A stretch of DNA of 58,451 nucleotides, counting the filler, from Sphacelaria rigidula (taxonomy: Eukaryota), in NCBI GenBank assembly GCA_964200075.2. It is 10 parts of 10 records of this genome, joined end to end, with 100 filler letters (N's around TTAATTAATTAA, not from the genome) between each part and the next. Parts side by side here need not be neighbours in the genome. Positions count along the whole stretch, not along the records: positions 46,842 to 52,596 come from CAXNAA020024706.1; positions 52,697 to 58,451 come from CAXNAA020024707.1; 8 more parts are not named here. One strand, 5' to 3'. Positions 51,522 through 58,451 of this stretch are shown in pieces (position 1 is the first letter of the stretch; each line of letters starts with the position of its first letter). The position numbers were made by a program, and so were the translations under genes. The notes beneath the pieces were generated by a model. That model was not told the origin of the DNA, did not search any database, and saw only the letters and a list, made by a program, of their open reading frames with translations.

Positions 51522-52406
51522 ATATTCAGACACAGCAGCGCAAGAGTAGTATGGTCGGAGATATCGCCGGTCCGACAAGTCGGCGAGCCAGCGGGCCCAG
51601 CCCAGAATTACATAGTCGGGACAGTGTAAGGTCATCGTAAGCAATAACATTTCACCGCGCACGTTCGATTTGGTATTGTATATATGCTACAATGCAAAGC
51701 GATTCTTGTTCATATGAAGAGCAAGCGGGTTAGTTCTGGCGAAAGAAACCTCCCGTTTAAAATGGTCCAGCAGCCTTCCAGCGCCAAAACAAAAAACGTT
51801 CGGTTCAACACACAACCCGCAACCCTGAAGAAGAAGGAGAACGACAAAAACTGAATATGAATACATGATATCTGCCATAATCCACAAGGGACGAGCCATG
51901 AAACAGGGGGTCAATTTTTCGCGCGAGAAATTCACTCGCTAATGGGGGTTACCTTCGGGCTTGTCTTCCTTGTGACCGCCGCTACAGTATATCTCATGGG
52001 GAACCAGTTGACGTGCAAAAATAAAAATAAATCGAAACCAAACCACAGGTAAAAGATCATGTGCAGGCGACAACAGATACACCCGATACGCAAAATGAAC
52101 ATCGGGGTACACGTGCACACCAAGAAAAATGCAGACAAGTCGCAGGCTAGAAGAAAACAAAAGTGCTCCACCAGTGGCATAGGCGAGCGGCCCCCAAGCA
52201 CCGGCACACACTGCAGGTGGATCTCCTGTACCGTGGGTAATCGATGGGGCATGGTGTAACGAGAGCTCGATATCACAGCTTCACCACAGCACAGGAGCAC
52301 CTGTGTCCATCAACTGGTTCATGGCCAATCCTCATTCTAGGGAGTAAGAGAGAGGACGTGCCTTGCTTCAAACTACCTTTTGGTGATAGAATTATTCGCC
52401 GCCGCG

Positions 52407-52477
52407 TCCCGGTGATGTAATGGTCCGAATATCGCCATTAGGGTGGAGAGAAAGGGGTTCGATTCCCGATACGTTGG
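52407..52477 (+). pseudogene. tRNA-like relic / SINE head
   Basis: A-box-like TGATGTAATGG and B-box GGTTCGATTCC; no clean cloverleaf. Confidence 0.45.
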
Positions 52478-52696
52478 GGTTTTTCTTCGTAATGTATAAT
52501 TTCCACCGTGGAAAGCGTGAGAACGTGAGTAAAAAAAATAGTCGACTGGGTTTGAGTGACGTGAGTTGACGCGGTGCGGGAGAGCTGACCCAATCCNNNN
52601 NNNNNNNNNNNNNNNNNNNNNNNNNNNNNNNNNNNNNNNNTTAATTAATTAANNNNNNNNNNNNNNNNNNNNNNNNNNNNNNNNNNNNNNNNNNNN

Positions 52697-52783
<87 letters not shown>

Positions 52784-52930
52784 CGTCGTCGTCGTCGTCG
52801 TCGTTGTCGTGGTTGTCGTTGTCGTTGTCGTTGTTGTTGTCGTCGTCGTTGTTGTTATCGTCGTCGTTGTTGTTGCTGTTGCTGCTGCTGCTGCTGTTGT
52901 TGTTGTTGTTAGCGTCGTTGTTGTTGTTGG
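52697..52930. repeat. (TGT)n/(CGT)n trinucleotide microsatellite
   Basis: Directly visible; the contig begins inside it. Confidence 0.97.
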
Positions 52931-53261
52931 CGTTGTCGAAATATGCTGCCTGTGCTTCGTGTGTCTCCGCTTGAACTCCGAGGGCCCTCGAAAGTGACCG
53001 TACCTCTACCACCGATGATCGTGCCTCTTCCGCCTCCGCTCCCTCCGCCACTGCCCCCGCTATGTTCATCAAACGACCTCTACAGCTCCTCCCATTCAAC
53101 AACAAATTCGTCAGGGAAATCTCCCATACCGCCGCCGGTAGCGTTGGCGGCGTTGACGTTGGCGACGTTGACGTTGGCGGTGATGGTGGCGGCGAAGACG
53201 GGGGCGTCGACGCCACCCTCGCCGACTCCACCTCCGCTACATCGCCTTGTGCGATGTTACC
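52697..53261 (-). CDS. Candidate exon ending in a poly-Asn/Asp tract
   Basis: Open frame NIAQGDVAEVESAR..AVWEISLTNLLLNG..AAYFDNANNNN with GC-rich codons and a possible acceptor tttttggcag|. Confidence 0.45.
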
Positions 53262-55205
53262 TGCCAAAAACTCTCGCGGGATGCGGCTGTGCGGCGGCTT
53301 CTTGGCCCTCGACGCACTAAGCCGTCCGCGTGCGTTGGAAACCCCGACGGCGAATCGCCCCCGTTGAGTGCGGTCCCCTGGGGGAACCAGCTCTGCTCCC
53401 GCAACAGAGCGCGGCGATCCCGACCATGGGGGTTGCGCGACAGACGTCGATGTTGCTCGGACCGACTCCGCACCGAGACAGCGTGATGGAATTGCCCCCC
53501 AGCGTTGCTTTGCGTGGTGCGGACAGCTGACGACATATCCCGACATCGCTGGGTCGTAGGGGTATAGGCTTGGGTCTGTTCCCCTACGTAGAGCCAAGGG
53601 GCAACGGATGTGTTCGCGGCTTCGCTCACAGTCTCGTGAGGGCTTCATGTGGTCTTCTTCTGCGCATGGCCTGTTGGCCCGCCTGTTGAATATGCGACAA
53701 TAAATCAACGAGAAAGTGCATATCGTGTGTCACGATCGTGGCTTTGATTGGGGTATATGCTGTTTATGCCGAGAAAACAACTGCGGGATAACATTTCACT
53801 GGCTTTCATTACAAGTCAACACATTGCACTGGAGGCACGTTGCTAGACCGCCATGCGTGGCCCGAACACACAGTGAAACACCGAGCATGATCGTTTCCGA
53901 CATAAGTGGTATACTGAACTACTCGAATACCATCGCCTCCGCTGCCTACACACGTCAGCGACGACGTCTAATCGTTCAGTGCTACAAGCAACGGACAAAA
54001 GTGGTGTGTTGCTATTGGGAAAGCACTTTTGTACACATGCGAAACATATACCAAGGTCACAAAAACAGACACGGTGCCACTTGTATAGGATTCATTCCAA
54101 CAACACGCGGCGGCAGGGCAGACCTACACAACACGGACGGCTGCACGTTTCCTCACCGTCTTTCCCGCCATTTCAGTACGGCGATGGTAGCGACACCCGT
54201 CACTCCGACAACTCCGGCAGCTGTGACGAGAGATCTGCACCGGTAATCGTACAGCGTACGCCATGGGAAAGTGTATACTGTACATTGGGCTGTGCGCCAA
54301 ATGGCTCGACCAAATGGTCAGAGATACGCTTTGAGGAGCACTTCGGAAACGAACGTCAAGGATTCATGACAACAAATTGCAGGGTTCTCTCACCACGATA
54401 TCCGTTTGCCATCCAACGTATGTTAGAAGAGTGGAGTAAGGTCATATCACAAAACATCAACACCCGGCTCATGGGATGTATAGCAAGTTAGCTTCGGAGT
54501 ATATCCACATCGGCCTGCCATTCAGACCTCGAGAGGATAGCGGTTACCTGTGTGATCATGCTCATCTCTTTTGGTGAAGTGTTACTTGTGCATGTATCCT
54601 TCCCGATGCTATATCGGAGCGGTGCCACGGTAGGGGTGCACAGGTAGCCCCTCGTGCTCTGGACTTTGGGAGCCCCCCAATGAGAGACATCTTGGCCCAA
54701 GCGCGTAACCTCAGACGGCGTTTGGCCTTCAATGTGCACCGCTACCGTGGTACCACTGATTGTGCGCTACTATTAATAATGCGATCCTTCCTCTGGAAAA
54801 ATATCTAGCTGCTGTGTCGGAAAAATCGAAACATGAGCGAAGCAAACAGCCTCAGGAAAAGACAGCTTAACGCCATCGAGATTTTGCATTGGTGTCAAAT
54901 GTTCCCACTATCAATAGGTGGTTGTGCAGTAGTCGACGTCATTCTACGAAGGGTTTCTTGTTCGTTTTCAGGCAATAAGTAACCTGCTGTAGTTTTCCTC
55001 TTTAGCCTGACGCATCACAAGTGAACCTTCCGTATAACGCCAGTCGCCATCATCGTGTGATGAGGAACACCGTCGATGGTTGCCTTGACCCTGTCTTTAG
55101 ATTGCTCCGATCTTGTGGGTCGCGTGCGGTGGGACAATGGTCGATTACTTTATCACCAAGGGCGAACAACACATGCGGCCCTCGGGACATGGCCACGACT
55201 GTACA

Positions 55206-55631
55206 CACTTTTTACGATAATCCCGTCCCCCCCCAAAGTGCATGGTTTTGGGAGGCAATATCTTACGTGAATCGAAATGGGGAAAGCCGAGTGCGACGAG
55301 CGGCTGGGAATTCCCACGGTTGGGTTCGTCTAGCTAATGTCGCCATTATGAGGCGCTTTATGCAGCCTGAACCCAAACATCAGGCGCTGCATGGCCATTT
55401 ATTTCGTGACACTTTTGGGCTGGTTTGGGGGGGGGGTCTATCGTAGAAAGTGACTGCAAAGGGTTCAGGCCGCATGAAGCATTTCATATTGGCGACGTTG
55501 GCGAGAACGAACCCAAGCGTGGAAATTACCAGCTGGTCGTTATGCTCGGTTTTCCCCATTTCGATTCATGTGAAGATTTTGCCTTCCAAAACCATGCACT
55601 TTTGGGGGGGGGGGGACTATCGTAGGAAGTG
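55206..55631. mobile_element. Fold-back element with ~165-bp TIRs and CACT..AGTG ends
   Basis: 55206-55373 is reverse-complementary to 55461-55631. A third terminus copy (ggggtctatcgtagaaagtg) lies in the loop. Confidence 0.8.
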
Positions 55632-58366
55632 CCGTTTCTTTTCAACAGCTGTCGGGTGCGGAATCGGCACCTGATGGGCTGCTGTGAAGCGTGTAGTTGA
55701 TTCTCGATTCCGGCAGGTGACACACTCGTAAGACGGCCGAGGTGCTCGGGATATTGGACCCCGTGACCGTTTGCGCATTCATTTACGCTTGATCGCATTG
55801 TACAATGGGCCATACACTACAGATATAGAGCTGGAAACTCGCACCTGGCCACACCGCCAAGGCCAGAAGCACTTGTCTCCCTCATATTATCTTCATGAGT
55901 ACGGTCAATACTCCGCGAGGAGGTCATCTGCGTTGCAAACAGGAGAAAATGAACGGCCGGTGCAAGCAGGATGGTTTTGCGCCAGCATTAAAATGCATTT
56001 GTATCCAAGTATGTCTTGAAACTACTTGCGTGCAGTTTGACAGCGTGCATCGGGCATGTATTTCAGCGCACGATGCGTTAGGCATACGGTAGTGTGGTGC
56101 TCTCTTGATGGGTGATATACACACTGACTCCAGGCCAGCGAGATCTCCACTATAGCTGCAGCAACAAGCCAGCGCAACAGTAACTGTGGTTGTTACAGGG
56201 AATCAACCAAATATCTTCTACAAGGTATGGATCACACTTGGAACCAATGCTTCGTGCCATTAACCCCTTGCTTGAGAGAAGTACGTGCTGAGTTAGGCCC
56301 GCTATCATCGACACTGTTCTTCGGAGATTCCTATAATTTTATGCGTTTTAAGACCCGGAGCTTCGCGTTCTCTAAAAATGAAGAGGGTTGCTTTCTCTCC
56401 GACGCTTCACGTTAGGAGAAGTCTGAACACTCCGGACTGCAGCGCAACACTTTGTAGAGCTGCCCTGTGAACACGCCGTGATGCTCACAAGTGTGAGAGA
56501 GGCACCGGGAACCTTACTTTTGACACCCTTGGCCATGTCATAGAGTAAAAAGCACCGTGGATTGGCTGTGTCCATCTTCTTAGACGGTGTGTGCGTCCGC
56601 AGAGGTGATGGAGCTGTTGCGGCCAAGCACGGTGGTCGTCGCTTGCGGACATGAGCACTCTCGAAGTGAGAAACAGTCCAGTGGCCACCTTCCGTGCTGC
56701 TACGAATGTACGCTATCGCACCGCCTGTAAAGTCTATAGGTGGTAATGTAGTGGGTGTATCTGCGCATACAACTAACAGAGAGCAAGCATGCTGCGATCT
56801 TTGCGCAGAGTTTTCCACAGTCGGTATTTTTTGTCTGTGTGCTACTGGCAGATTCCGGGAGGGCCGGTCGATCACGCCCTCGCCTTTCCGACTGCCCCAC
56901 CACTTCACAGAGAGGTTGAGAGAAAGATGTTAACCGTAGTTTTGAACGACATACACGGGCAGGCAGCACCATCCTGTCCTTCTTTTTGCCGGTGAAGGCA
57001 AGCAAACGACTAGATCAGCTCTTGTGTCCGTACTGAGAAATCTAGCACCAACAGCACATCTCGATAATAATGGACCGTTGGGAGTTCTCCTCAATGTGAT
57101 GACTTCCCGAAAAATACATGCATTTCTTCGATAACAATGGGCTTTGTTTGTATCCCATTGCCTCCCCTTGTTGAGTAATTCCTCCCTTGAAATGCTATAT
57201 ACCTTCTCTCTCCAGGATGGCTGCGAGTAGAATGCTCGGTCGGTGAATGTTGTGAGTCGTTCCTGGGTACTGCTCGAGCAGACTGAATGGAGTGCTCGGA
57301 CGGTGTGGTCATGAAGATGTCCACTTACCACTTACTGATCGTGCCGCATTTTTCGAACCGGAACATCGATATATAGGCGCCGAGTTCATGGGTACGGGCC
57401 GTTATAATAGTTAAACTATAATCATCGAAGTTTTCGTTATTTTCCATTATTCTCGAATAGATTTAACCCTGGACAAACCCTGGATTTCTGTCTTGATGGA
57501 CACACGTGCGCTACTCGAGCCCCATGTGCCGCAGAGAGATCAATAAAATCGAATTGTTTGGGGGGGGGGTTGTGTCCAGGCCGGGTCTGGGCTTCATTTC
57601 CCTCCGCTAGCTGGCTACAGCCTAGAACATTTCAGTATATCGATGATGTTTTCACAGGCACCATGTCATCATGAAACGAGCTTATACGGTATACAGTACC
57701 TTCGAAGGAGGGCGGTGCTCTAGCACACGAGATCGCACACGCAAGAGGAATGCGTGTTTGCGTTAGCTGTATAATGTCCCGTGTCTAGAGTATTTGGTCG
57801 TCTTCGTCATTGCATCTCCAAATAATTTCTGTCGCGGTACCAACTGTATCTTTACCGCAAGATGCGCCAACCCTGGCCAGGCGATGGGCATCGCGGAGTA
57901 TACTGTCTGTAAGGCACCTATCGACACGAGCCATCCCGAACAAAAGCACGACGGCCAACAATAGAGAGCTACAGTAGCAGCATTAATGCCGATATAGTTA
58001 TTTTCTGGGGTTATGCCATCAGGGAGCATGAAACTACGCACAGCGACAACGATAGCACCTCCTTATCTCATGCCCCGTATCTAAAGCCGTGCAGGATACA
58101 GGGAGCGAAAGCTACCTAAGCGCAAAAATGGAGACTGCAACGCCGACCCCCGCCCCCACAACGATAACGCAGGCACGACGACGCTCATAGCGAACGTTGA
58201 GTACACCAACCCGTATACAGAAAGACAATAAAGCACTCCTTGTGGGGCCGTTGGTGTCCTGGATACCATCTTTCCGCAGCACAGTACAGTCCTGTACTAT
58301 GGCTGCTGTGGCTGCTGTGGCTGCATACACCGAAAGGTGTAGACTGGTGCCCAGAATAAATGGGAC

Positions 58367-58367
<1 letters not shown>

Positions 58368-58432
<65 letters not shown>
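58368..58432. repeat. (CA)n microsatellite, the tail of a retroposon copy
   Basis: Directly follows ccagaataaatgggaca. Confidence 0.95.
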
Positions 58433-58435
<3 letters not shown>

Positions 58436-58451
58436 GCCGGTCGCCCCGGTG

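Noticed and set aside
56372..57331. CACTA/Plavaka-like transposase relic
   Set aside because: Only vague motif resemblance spread over different frames.

Overview
Eukaryotic, intron-rich and repeat-rich DNA. It is most likely a brown alga (Phaeophyceae); this is an inference from splice style, low gene density and the repeat families present. The window is not one locus. It is ten contigs (5756 bp, then nine of exactly 5755 bp) joined by identical 100-nt spacers (N44-TTAATTAATTAA-N44), so it is a length-sorted concatenation and nothing can be inferred from adjacency across spacers. Contig 1 holds the only well-supported host gene: a minus-strand, at least 5-exon, roughly 1150-aa chromatin protein. 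It has a Lys/Gly-rich leader, an intron-split HMGB-type HMG box, a (DKAVAA)n repeat, an intron-split AIRE/CHD4-type PHD finger and a long Gly/Arg/Asp-rich tail with spaced tryptophans. The other contigs are mostly intronic or intergenic and filled with mobile-element debris: a DIRS/Ngaro RT-RNase H relic, a Copia RNase H relic, an RTE-like LINE fragment, a spliced hAT/BED transposase pseudogene, a non-autonomous hAT family, MITEs of several superfamilies, (CA)n-tailed retroposon ends and tRNA-like heads. A few isolated exons also occur, including a probable 10-nt microexon. Most ORFs in the supplied track are spurious. No CRISPR array, rRNA or convincing functional tRNA was found. All family assignments come from reading motifs by eye, not from database searches.
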